A stretch of DNA of 62,594 nt from Nitrososphaerota archaeon (GTDB lineage: Archaea > Thermoproteota > EX4484-205 > JAAOZP01): contig JAAOZP010000015.1 in assembly GCA_011605725.1 (NCBI GenBank), positions 1 to 62,594 on the forward strand. The letters run 5' to 3'. Below, piece by piece: positions 17,874 through 27,016 of the stretch (positions are counted from its first letter, which is position 1; each line of letters begins with the position of its first letter). Position numbers and translations under genes: made by a program. The notes under the pieces are model-generated. The model did not search any database. It saw only the letters and a program-made list of their open reading frames with translations, and was not told the origin of the DNA.

Positions 17874-18027
17874 CTTTTACCTTTTTCCTTAAGCACCGGC
17901 CAGTCTAATCATATGTAAAACCTTTACTTCTCAAACATTTGCCAAGTCGATTCCCCATTCCACTCCAAGATTCATCCAGGTATAAGTGTAGCATCCCTAT
18001 CGTTTACTAGGCTCCTCTGTTCAATTT

Positions 18028-18864
18028 TTGACCAGGTGGAACGTGGACAGGTATCAAAAGTTCCTATCTCCTGGCTTCAAGCCTTTCGACCCTATCAGGC
18101 TTGCTGGAGAAACAGAGCGAATCGTGACAAGGCTTGGAGGGGGAAGTGCACGGGTTCCTATTCCATACCCGTTTACGGGGGATCGCCACCGGCTATGCTG
18201 TAGGCTGGTGTCTTAGGTGCATCCTTTGCAGGTTTAACTGGCCGAGAGACTTCCCAGAAAGTTCGGTGAATACTACTCCCCTAACAGGCTGCTAGGCTTG
18301 TTTTCAAGGCTGCTGAAGAAGGAGTAACCTACTCTGAATACTGGAGGAAGGTGTTTCCCAAGGTTAACAAGCTCTGTGTCTCTGGATGTGAGCCAACAAT
18401 AGGAATGAAACATCTGCTTAAAGTCCTGGAGTATGTTAAGGCTTCAAAACACTTTCTCTTCATCTTAGAGACGAATGGTGTAGTCTTGGGAGCGGATGCT
18501 AGGAAGGTTAGAGGTTTAGCGGAGTTTAAGAGTAAGCTCTACGTCAGGGTTTCGTTTAAAGCTGCTACGCCAGAGGGTTTCACGATGAGGACAGGTGCCC
18601 AGGGACAGTTCTACAGGCTTCTTTTTAAAGCTCTGAAAAACCTTTGGGACGAGGGGGGTTCACGCTAGGGCTGCCGCCATGACAGATAGGAGAATAATGC
18701 TGGAGGAGGAAAGGAGAATGCCCATCCAGATGCTTGACGAGATAGATCCTGAGGCAAAATATTATGAAACACTAGAGGAGGCTGTCAATACCTATGACAC
18801 TAGCGTGAAACGTCTCAAAGCCTTCTCAGACAAGGTAGTCCAGCTCGACTTCAGATATTTCTGA
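18028..18864 (+). pseudogene. Frameshifted radical SAM / Fe-S oxidoreductase
   Basis: Fragments in different frames: PFDPIRLA, IATGYAVGWCLRCILC (degraded CxxxCxxC), VSGCEPTIG, FILETNG, VRVSFKA; several indels. Confidence 0.8.
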
Positions 18865-20679
18865 AAGATCTGTCAAGCTGTTCGCCTTGATCTTTCCACT
18901 GGATACTGTGAAAATAACATCATCTATGTATAGGCTTCTCACCACCGTATACTTTGAGCTGGAGTAATAACCGTTTTTACCAAGCGCATCCCGGTCTTCT
19001 AAATGAGTTATTCTACCTCTAAGCATAATCCCCTCCTCCGGAGAAATTCTGAAGACGTATGCTCCTTGAAAAACATATTCGCCGTAGATGTTTGGCGGAA
19101 TACTGCCCGAGTATTTTTCGCGGAAAATCTTAGCCTCCAGAATCGGTATTACGAGTAGATTCCTCTTTTTATCGAAGAGAAACGCATGATGATCCCATAG
19201 GGCAGGCGAATCCGTTCCCCTGTCGCCAACGATGATTCTTCCAACTTCCCTAGGGGCTGTGACGTTTGAAACGTCGAACAAAGATATTTTCAAGCCCTGG
19301 TGCCAAGCGAAGTCTCCCTCCTCAGCCTCAACAGTTTCCTTACCTATCCCTATCAGATGCTTCTCATCATACGGATGCAAATAGTCTGAATAACCGGGTA
19401 TCTTAAGTTTGCCTAGGACCCGTGGCTCAACTGGATTGCTAAGGTCTATTGTGAAAAGCGGATCCACCTTCTTGAAAGTGATGAGATAGCATCTTGTACC
19501 AATGAATCTGGCTGAGTATATCTTCTCGCCGGGAGCAAGGTTTTCAAGCCTCCCCATAATCTTCAAGGTCTCAGAGTCCAGTATGTAAACATGATTGGCG
19601 CTAGTGGCTTCACTGAGAAGCCTTGCAACATAGCCTGTGGTCGTGGCTACTCTGAAATAGCCCTGGTACTCGTCCATCGAGAACTGGTTTAAAACCCTGC
19701 CTGGGACTTCACCGCTCGCCTCGCATTCTATCTCAAGACCGTTAATCCTAATTCTATGTATCTCCGTGGCTCCCCCTTCGCTGTGGATCCACTTGGGCAT
19801 CGTGACGTATATGTTGGCTGGAGAAACATATGTGCAGGCAGCATGACTAGTTAAAATCGCTTTAGACTCCACACTTTCTTCTTCAGCAAAAATATCGGTT
19901 GCAGTTATGATAGTGTAGCTCTCCGGAGCCTCAGTCATATTCGAGTAGAAAATTTTGTCAGCCGGAATGGTGAAGACAAAACCATTCGCAACAATCCTCG
20001 GAAATAAGACTTCAACATCTTTCTCAAAAAGCCTTATTGCAGGCATAGTCGTAACTATGTAAACATGCTTCCCAACCATTCTTGAACTAACATACTCGCC
20101 TTCAACAGAGATTTTCCTAAGGAAACCAGGGTTCTGAACGTCGGAAACATCATAGATGGCTAAAGAGGTTCCCCACGACCCGTAGTAAGAATCCTCCAGC
20201 AAAAGGTCCTCACACATTATTACTGCAAGCCTACCATTCTTTACAAACAATCCTACAGGATGCCCGGCTACACTAATCTTAGAAGTCTTCTCCATACTTT
20301 CAGGAGGATATGCTTCCACTATGTAAACGCTGTTCCCGGAAACAGTGTAGATATATCTGCCATCCGTCTTAACTGTATCCGCTTCATCCACACCGGGGAC
20401 CTGAATATTGGTAATGGAGTATTCAAAAGTACTCTTAGGCATTCCGAGCGCACTGTCCACTTTAAGGGGGATAGAGAATCTTAATGCTAGAGCATTAGTA
20501 ATCTCGTCAACCCTAGTCTTAACGAAGCTCCTGATCTCCTCGTACGAGGAGAAGCTCTTTAAACCTCCAACGCTGCTTCCCCTGTTTATTTGAATGATGA
20601 AAGCCGTTAAGAAGGCGGAAGTAATAGGAATCAGTGGAAATACTGTAATCAATCCTTTTATTAAGCTTCTTCTCACCAT
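18826..20679 (-). CDS. Membrane-anchored beta-propeller domain protein (Beta_propel family)
   Basis: N-terminal TM; YSITNIQVPGVDEADTVKTDG, LNQFSMDE, GEKIYSARF, LKIPGYSDYLHP. Confidence 0.9.
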   Translation of the reverse strand: MVRRSLIKGLITVFPLIPITSAFLTAFIIQINRGSSVGGLKSFSSYEEIRSFVKTRVDEITNALALRFSIPLKVDSALGMPKSTFEYSITNIQVPGVDEADTVKTDGRYIYTVSGNSVYIVEAYPPESMEKTSKISVAGHPVGLFVKNGRLAVIMCEDLLLEDSYYGSWGTSLAIYDVSDVQNPGFLRKISVEGEYVSSRMVGKHVYIVTTMPAIRLFEKDVEVLFPRIVANGFVFTIPADKIFYSNMTEAPESYTIITATDIFAEEESVESKAILTSHAACTYVSPANIYVTMPKWIHSEGGATEIHRIRINGLEIECEASGEVPGRVLNQFSMDEYQGYFRVATTTGYVARLLSEATSANHVYILDSETLKIMGRLENLAPGEKIYSARFIGTRCYLITFKKVDPLFTIDLSNPVEPRVLGKLKIPGYSDYLHPYDEKHLIGIGKETVEAEEGDFAWHQGLKISLFDVSNVTAPREVGRIIVGDRGTDSPALWDHHAFLFDKKRNLLVIPILEAKIFREKYSGSIPPNIYGEYVFQGAYVFRISPEEGIMLRGRITHLEDRDALGKNGYYSSSKYTVVRSLYIDDVIFTVSSGKIKANSLTDLSEISEVELDYLV

Positions 20680-20869
20680 CCGATTTACACCATTTTACAG
20701 GTATGGTTCTACGGCTTAATTATCCTAGTTTTTAGAACATCTTGTCCACATATTAGAACAGAGATGTATATAAACAAGCGGTTAGCATACTTAATGAAGC
20801 CCAGCTCTTAAACATAGCTGGAGTCTTATTATAGAAATGTTTAACGTCTTTTTAACCGAATTGAATCAG

Positions 20870-20976
20870 TGGGCCCGGAGGGATTTGAACCCCCAACCTA
20901 CGGGATCCACCCGTGATCCGCGTCATGCGCGACGGTTTATGAGCCCGCCGCTCTAACCTGGTTAAGCTACGGGCCC
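20870..20976 (-). tRNA. tRNA-Ile2(CAT), agmatidine type, with a 32-nt intron at 38/39 (20905-20936)
   Basis: GGGCCCG/CGGGCCC acceptor typical of archaeal Ile tRNAs; H TCAT/GTGG, bulge AAA, h' CCGT/ACGG; mature anticodon arm GCGGG-CTCATAA-CCCGT, 75 nt. Ile2 rather than elongator Met is inferred from the acceptor stem. Confidence 0.88.
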
Positions 20977-21358
20977 TTGATTCTTGAAATATAGTTGGAT
21001 GATAAAAAGGTTTCTATCGAGTATTTAAGCGTTTACATGCCAATATGCTTTTCCTCTCATAATTGGGATTGAAATGCTCATAAAAGGCTTGGTGCCGCGG
21101 GTATGCTGCCGCTTAATCCTCTTGAGCTCCGAGATTGGAGAAAAAGGATGTTGAAGCGCTGAAAACTCCCAGTAATCAGATTGGTCCAGCAAGATTGGAA
21201 GCTTTAATAGGAGCTGCATCGCGATCCGTGTAACTTTTTAATCTTCGCGAAGCTAGCTTCAACCTCCTATTCGGACGCATGTAAAACTTTCCAGGTTTTC
21301 AAGCAGAGTAAGAGGCTAGGCTGGTTGACGGATTTATCTACACAGGAAGAATTAGTGC

Positions 21359-21937
21359 TTAACGGGATGCTTCAGCATGTCTCTCGAGTTCTATCTTCCT
21401 GGAGACGGCGAAGCTTGCTTCGCTATTGCTGGCGGCGTTTATAATCTCCTCGGCGAGGCTCTCCACCATGCTTTTCCTTGTTTTGAAGCTTTTTCTTTTC
21501 GCCCCATCCACTATGTTTCTTATCGCTAGGTCGACTCTTCTCCCCGGGGAGATGTCTACGGACTGGTAGTAGACTATTCCACCGTAGCTGACCCTAGTCG
21601 TATCTTCTCTGGGCGCGGAGTTAACGATTGCTTCCACGAATACTTCAACAGGGTTTCTTCCGGTTTGAATATTTATTATTTCGAAGGCGTGTTTAACTAT
21701 GTTTATGGCTTTGGCTTTTCTCCCGCCTGCTCTGGCTGTTTGAGCAACCCTGTTAACTAAGCGTTCGACAACGTTTACGCTGTACTTCCAGAATTTTCTC
21801 TTCTCATGCCTGCCCCCGGAGTGCGGGATGACCACGGGCCTAAGGCTCACTACTTGCGCTAGCCCCGGGTCTTTAACCTCTATCCCGCTGAGATCCCACT
21901 TGTCGAACAGCTTGCACTCTATGCTTGCCTTAGCCAA
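21359..21937 (-). CDS. rps7: 30S ribosomal protein S7
   Basis: KLFDKW, PHSGGRH, PREDTTR, VDISPGRRVD. Confidence 0.97.
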   Translation of the reverse strand: MAKASIECKLFDKWDLSGIEVKDPGLAQVVSLRPVVIPHSGGRHEKRKFWKYSVNVVERLVNRVAQTARAGGRKAKAINIVKHAFEIINIQTGRNPVEVFVEAIVNSAPREDTTRVSYGGIVYYQSVDISPGRRVDLAIRNIVDGAKRKSFKTRKSMVESLAEEIINAASNSEASFAVSRKIELERHAEASR

Positions 21938-21977
21938 GAGTCGTGTTTAAACCGGTCTGCGACAGTTTATATAAAGC

Positions 21978-22406
21978 TTACCTTGTCGGCTTCTGCTTCT
22001 TGCCCTTTAGGAGGGCGTCTAGCGAAACCCCGTTTACGCTTATAACCTTGTATCTTACCCCTGGAATGTCTCCCATCGACCTGCCCAACGTCCCCCCGAT
22101 TCCCGCAACTATAACCTCGTCCCTCTCGTTTATGAAGTTTAAACCACCGTCCTTAGGTACGAAGGCTGTTATCTCCTTCCCGTTCTTTATAAGCTGAACC
22201 CTGACGCATTTCCTGACGGCACTGTTAGGCTGCTTGCTTGCTATCCCGATTTTTTCCAGAACGACCCCTCTCGCCATGGGGGCTCCTTCAAGCGGGTCAT
22301 AAAGCTCCTTTAGACGGAGCACTCTTCTCGTGTAATACTTATAGCTCCATCTGAACTTTCTTCGAACCTTTATCAGGCTTCTGGCTGCGAATTCTCCTTT
22401 ACCCAA
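21978..22406 (-). CDS. rps12: 30S ribosomal protein S12
   Basis: [30 protein letters not shown]. Confidence 0.98.
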   Translation of the reverse strand: MGKGEFAARSLIKVRRKFRWSYKYYTRRVLRLKELYDPLEGAPMARGVVLEKIGIASKQPNSAVRKCVRVQLIKNGKEITAFVPKDGGLNFINERDEVIVAGIGGTLGRSMGDIPGVRYKVISVNGVSLDALLKGKKQKPTR

Positions 22407-22449
22407 ACCCTAGAATGCTGTGAAACAGAGTCTTATTAAGTTTCCGACG

Positions 22450-22899
22450 CTATCTTATTTTAACGTCGCTGAGGTTGAAATGTCTCCTAGCTATCTCCCT
22501 TATCCCCTGTATTCTGAAGCCGTTTCTACCTATTGCCCTGCCTTTTTCAGCGTCGTCAACAGTCAAGTAAGCTACTTTACCCCCTTTAACGCCGTTTTCA
22601 AGCCGTATTTCAAGCACTTTAACAGGGTGGAGAGCTCTTTTCAAGAACGTTTCAACATCCTCATGATACTCTAATATCTGCACTTCCTTCCCTATCCTTT
22701 TCGAGAAATGCTGGAGCAGAATCCTGTAGCCATGCTTTATTCTCTCAGCATCCTCAGGCTTTAGAAGGAAGAAAACTGTCTTATCATTATTCGCCATCAC
22801 GCAGTCTATCGCTCTAGTGCCGGTCGCGCTCTCGAAGAAACCTATGAAGCTCAGCTCTTGGTTTGACCAGCTTATTCTTGCTTCATCCCTGCTTGTCAT
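22450..22899 (-). CDS. nusA: Archaeal NusA-like KH protein
   Basis: FESATGTRAIDC, KGRAIGRNG; position between L30e and S12. Confidence 0.88.
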   Translation of the reverse strand: MTSRDEARISWSNQELSFIGFFESATGTRAIDCVMANNDKTVFFLLKPEDAERIKHGYRILLQHFSKRIGKEVQILEYHEDVETFLKRALHPVKVLEIRLENGVKGGKVAYLTVDDAEKGRAIGRNGFRIQGIREIARRHFNLSDVKIR

Positions 22900-23209
22900 T
22901 CTGCTTGATTTCCTCCAGTATTCCTGACTCCCCCTGATTCAATATTCCTATAACGGAGGCAGGGTGTTTTAAGTTTAACGCTTTACCCAGGGCTACGCGG
23001 GATTCCTCATAGACTATCGCGGGCGTTTTAGAAAGCTCTATCGCGTTCCTAAGCTTGCTCAGTAATGGTTGCGGAAGGTTTGAAACATAGATTACGCCCT
23101 CCAACTTACCCTGGAGCAGGAGCCTGTAAACCTCGTTGAACCCAGCTATGAAAGAGCCTGTTTTAGCAAGCAGTTCAAGCCTGCTGCTGAGCGATGCTTT
23201 CTCCACCAT
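22883..23209 (-). CDS. rpl30e: 50S ribosomal protein L30e
   Basis: KTGSFIAG, LGKAL, SVIGILNQGESGI; operon position. Confidence 0.85.
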   Translation of the reverse strand: MVEKASLSSRLELLAKTGSFIAGFNEVYRLLLQGKLEGVIYVSNLPQPLLSKLRNAIELSKTPAIVYEESRVALGKALNLKHPASVIGILNQGESGILEEIKQNDKQG

Positions 23210-26200
23210 TGTTATTCTCACTCCTTCTCAGGAAGCCCCCTATATCAACATATACTTTAACCATTCCGGTGCCGGCGAAAATCTCTGACCCTGCTAAGAC
23301 CCTCTCCGTCATTCCGAGCAGCTTGTCTTCAGCACCTGAAACAGCTCCTTCCACAAGAACCTGAACAGCCCTTTCGAAAGCAGCCTTAGCGAGCACGCTC
23401 TGCTTTCTCCCGCTTACACCATGCCTACCTATCTGCTTTATCTCCCCGTCCTGCGTCATGGCGCTTGCGACAAGCGAGAGATGCCTCCAATCGACATCCA
23501 GCCCCTGCTCGTTAAGCGTGTTCCACATCTCTTTTATTAGGGCTGCTCTAGCAGCTTCAATGCCGAGCACGCTAGCAATCTCGTGAATATCGTTGCTTAT
23601 TGTTCTAGTATGGTCCACTTCGGGAATGTTGAAAACCTCAGCCAGGTTGCTTCCCTCCGTTACGATGCAGTATTCGCCACCCTCCTCTTTAAGGAGGACT
23701 CCTTTAACCTTAGTTATTCCACTTACCGGTGTCTTTCTTATTTTCGACTCGAACTTCTGCGGATCTGTTTTAATGGATATTTCAAAGCTTCCATCATTCT
23801 TAACTGTGAACTTCAAACCGAGTGTTTTAAGAACGTTTTCAATATCCTTCTCCGAAAGCCCTCTCTCAGAGAGCCATTCTTTAACCGGATGTATAACCAG
23901 ATAGTCGTAAGCCATCGTGGATTTCAAGCTTATTTTAGAAACGTCTTCAATAGTCGTGTAGACGAGTTTTCTAGCGACCCTCAGAGCCCTAGCGTAATCC
24001 TTGTTATACGGGTTTTTAAGATAGACAGTCATCATAGGTGTCTTAGGCGTCTTCCTAGCGTCAAGCAGCTCGATCAGCCTGGGCAGGCCGAGCGTCACGT
24101 TGGCCTCTCTAACCCCAGCGTAGTGGAAAGTCCTTAGCGTCATCTGTGTTCCCGGCTCACCTATGGATTGGGCAGCGACAACCCCGACGCTTTCACCAGC
24201 CTCCACGAGAGCACGGCGATACTCCTTCAATATTTGCTCAACCACGTTTCTAGCAGCCTGCTTGGACAATCCTTTAGAAACTATCGCATGGAAAGCTTCT
24301 CTCTGAATGTTTACAGGTAGAAGCCTCCCATACTCCTCAACTATTCTCTTCACAGTCCTCCTGTCAGCCGGCTTACCCTTTTTAACTGCTGAAAGCGTGT
24401 ACTCCTCCACTATCCTCTTCGCGTCAACAGACTTACCGTGGTCACTCTTAGACGGGTCAACGCCATCCTCACCGTATATTATGTCAATAATGTTCCCATA
24501 GGAGTCTCTGACGGTGCCGTCATACTCAACCCTGAGTGATTCAAGCGCGTGGATAAGCCTACGTTGAAGATACCCGCTCTGCTGCGTTCTGACAGCAGTG
24601 TCGACGAGAGACTCGCGTCCACTCATAGAGTGGTAGAAGAGCTCGACTGGAGAGAGGCCAGTATAGTAGTTGGACTTTACGAATCCCCTGGCAACAGGAC
24701 TCAGGTCTCCTTTACGAAAGTGAGGCAGCGGCCTCCCAGCATAACCCTTAAAGATTCTCTTGCCGCGGAGCGCTTGCTGACCTAGGCATCCGGATATCTG
24801 ACCCACGTTGAGGTCTGAGCCTCTTGCACCAGTCTTAGTCATTATAACCATGTTGTTATCCAGCCCTAGTGATGAGGAGACAAGGTTGCCAACTTTACTC
24901 CTGACCTTAGAAAGAGCATCCATTATGTATGCTTCCAAGCTTTCCTCCTCACTCATACCGGGTATCCTCTTAATCTTGCCTTTACTCCATTCTTCCAGAA
25001 GGTTGTTCACCTCTACGTCAGCCTGGTTGGCTTCTTTCTCAACCTGTTCCTGAACATCTTTAGGAAGGTTCACATCCCTATAGCTGAAGCTGAATCCTCT
25101 TAAAAGCAGAAACTCCCTAACCATTTTCTGGAAGGAGGATATGAATCTATGTCCCTCCTCAGCCCCGTATTTCTTAATAATCCTGTGGAGAATAGTATCA
25201 GCCTTCTCAGCGCCTATCGACGCCTTATCTATTACCCCGGAAATCAGTTTACCGTTCTTCACAATTATCTCCGCCTCGTCTCTAGACGGGCCGCCTACAC
25301 TGGTCTTGTTAACGTAGTTGAAATCCTCTTTAAAGAGGAGGCTGACTGCTTGTCTGCCTGACCATAATGGCACTGGCTTCTTAACCTCCGGTTCAGGAAG
25401 CTCACCCACATATCCCGCGGCGTAGACGATCCTTGCAAACTCTTCCTTTGTGAGATACGTGTCCCTCCTGGTTAGCAAGTATGCTCCGGTTATGAAGTCC
25501 CTGATGGCCCCCATAATGGGCGCGCCATACCTTGGCGTCAAATAATGTTTCTTAACTCCGAGAAGCATGCTAGTCTCAACATTAGCCTCGATGCTCTGTG
25601 GAACATGCAGGTTCATCTCGTCGCCGTCGAAGTCAGCATTATAAGGCGGGCAGACACTTGGATGCAGCCTGAAAGTTTTACCTGGGAGAACCTTCACCCT
25701 GTGTCCAAGCATTGAAAGACGGTGGAGCGAGGGTTGCCTGTTGAAGATTACGAAGTCTCCGTCGAGAAGATGCCTTTCAACGATAAACCCTATGTCAAGA
25801 GCCTCTGCAAGAGAATCCCTGTTCTCAACGAATTGAAGCTTATGCCTGGCACCGCTCGGCCTTACGATGTATTCTGAACCAGGATGTATAAAAGGACCGT
25901 TTCTAACCAGCTGAACCAGCCAATCTCTATTCCAGTATGTAACCCTCTCTGGAACAGTAAGGATCTTAGCGATCTCCTCCGGAACCCCGACTTCATCAAT
26001 AGCCAGATACGGGTCTGGAGATATAACTGTCCTAGCTGAGAAGTCAACCCTCTTGCCGGAGAGGTTCTTCCTAAACCGGCCTTCCTTCCCCTTCAGTCTC
26101 TGTGCTAGAGTCTTCAGTGTTTTACGAGTCCTGTGTTGAGCCGGAAGAATGCCTACGGCCTCGTTGTCGAAATAGGTTGTAACATGGTATTGCAGAAGAT

Positions 26201-27014
26201 CCTCATGATCTTGTATTATGAGTGGAGACGCGCCTGACTCTATGTATTCCCGTATTCTACGCGCGGTCCTAACTATGTCTACAAGTTTATGCGTTAAATC
26301 GTCCTCAGACCTCTCTCCGGTTTCAAGAATTATCGAGGGTCTTACTTGGATCGGCGGCACCGGTAAAACCTCTATCACGTACCAGGCTGGATGGGCCACT
26401 TCAGGGTCAATGTTCAGAAGCCTAAGGTCATCATCCGGAATCCTGTTTAAACGCTCCTTTATGATCCTTGTGTTTAAAAGCCGTAAGACGCCGTCAGGGT
26501 CTCTCTCGTAGAATCTGGTTGGTCTTTCCAACTTAACCTGGTACTTGTCAGCTCCACAATGGGGGCACCTGTTGGATCTTCGAACTTCATCCTTTATCTG
26601 GTCGAAAATCTGGTCAGGCACAATACCGTAATTCTCCTCAAACTCTTTTATTTTCTCCCTGTAGTAGTTTATCCTGTCGTTTGGCAGGAGGATTCTGCCG
26701 CATTGTCTGCATGTAGACTGGAGAACCCTCTCTATCTCTCTCGCGAAAGAAACATGTATTACTGGAACCGGCAGCTCAATATGTCCAAAATGTCCAGGAC
26801 ACTTATCCGGAAGATTCCCACAAGTCTTGCATCTCTGCCTAGGCTCAATCGTGCCAAGCCTAGTATCCATCACTCCCCCAGGGACTGAGAGCCCATCCTG
26901 GTCATAAGTCTCATCCGTAGTGACCTCCATTACTGAGAGCCTTCTGATTTCCGCTGGGGAAAGAACTCCAAACTTTATCGAGTCTATCTGCTTTATCTCA
27001 ACTTCTTGACTCAT
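23175..27014 (-). CDS. rpoA1: RNA polymerase largest subunit, fused A'/A''
   Basis: CPGHFGHI, YNADFDGDEMN, LVDTAVRTQQSGY, then A'' motifs AQSIGEPGTQMTLRTFH and VLAKAAFE in the same 1279-aa ORF. Confidence 0.98.
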   Translation of the reverse strand: MSQEVEIKQIDSIKFGVLSPAEIRRLSVMEVTTDETYDQDGLSVPGGVMDTRLGTIEPRQRCKTCGNLPDKCPGHFGHIELPVPVIHVSFAREIERVLQSTCRQCGRILLPNDRINYYREKIKEFEENYGIVPDQIFDQIKDEVRRSNRCPHCGADKYQVKLERPTRFYERDPDGVLRLLNTRIIKERLNRIPDDDLRLLNIDPEVAHPAWYVIEVLPVPPIQVRPSIILETGERSEDDLTHKLVDIVRTARRIREYIESGASPLIIQDHEDLLQYHVTTYFDNEAVGILPAQHRTRKTLKTLAQRLKGKEGRFRKNLSGKRVDFSARTVISPDPYLAIDEVGVPEEIAKILTVPERVTYWNRDWLVQLVRNGPFIHPGSEYIVRPSGARHKLQFVENRDSLAEALDIGFIVERHLLDGDFVIFNRQPSLHRLSMLGHRVKVLPGKTFRLHPSVCPPYNADFDGDEMNLHVPQSIEANVETSMLLGVKKHYLTPRYGAPIMGAIRDFITGAYLLTRRDTYLTKEEFARIVYAAGYVGELPEPEVKKPVPLWSGRQAVSLLFKEDFNYVNKTSVGGPSRDEAEIIVKNGKLISGVIDKASIGAEKADTILHRIIKKYGAEEGHRFISSFQKMVREFLLLRGFSFSYRDVNLPKDVQEQVEKEANQADVEVNNLLEEWSKGKIKRIPGMSEEESLEAYIMDALSKVRSKVGNLVSSSLGLDNNMVIMTKTGARGSDLNVGQISGCLGQQALRGKRIFKGYAGRPLPHFRKGDLSPVARGFVKSNYYTGLSPVELFYHSMSGRESLVDTAVRTQQSGYLQRRLIHALESLRVEYDGTVRDSYGNIIDIIYGEDGVDPSKSDHGKSVDAKRIVEEYTLSAVKKGKPADRRTVKRIVEEYGRLLPVNIQREAFHAIVSKGLSKQAARNVVEQILKEYRRALVEAGESVGVVAAQSIGEPGTQMTLRTFHYAGVREANVTLGLPRLIELLDARKTPKTPMMTVYLKNPYNKDYARALRVARKLVYTTIEDVSKISLKSTMAYDYLVIHPVKEWLSERGLSEKDIENVLKTLGLKFTVKNDGSFEISIKTDPQKFESKIRKTPVSGITKVKGVLLKEEGGEYCIVTEGSNLAEVFNIPEVDHTRTISNDIHEIASVLGIEAARAALIKEMWNTLNEQGLDVDWRHLSLVASAMTQDGEIKQIGRHGVSGRKQSVLAKAAFERAVQVLVEGAVSGAEDKLLGMTERVLAGSEIFAGTGMVKVYVDIGGFLRRSENNNGGESIAQQQA

Positions 27015-27016
27015 CT

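Noticed and set aside
17680-17874. 64-aa minus-strand ORF
   Set aside because: Antisense shadow of tRNA-Ala.
21025-21219. 64-aa ORF downstream of rps7
   Set aside because: No homology cues; overlaps the region upstream of tRNA-Ile2.
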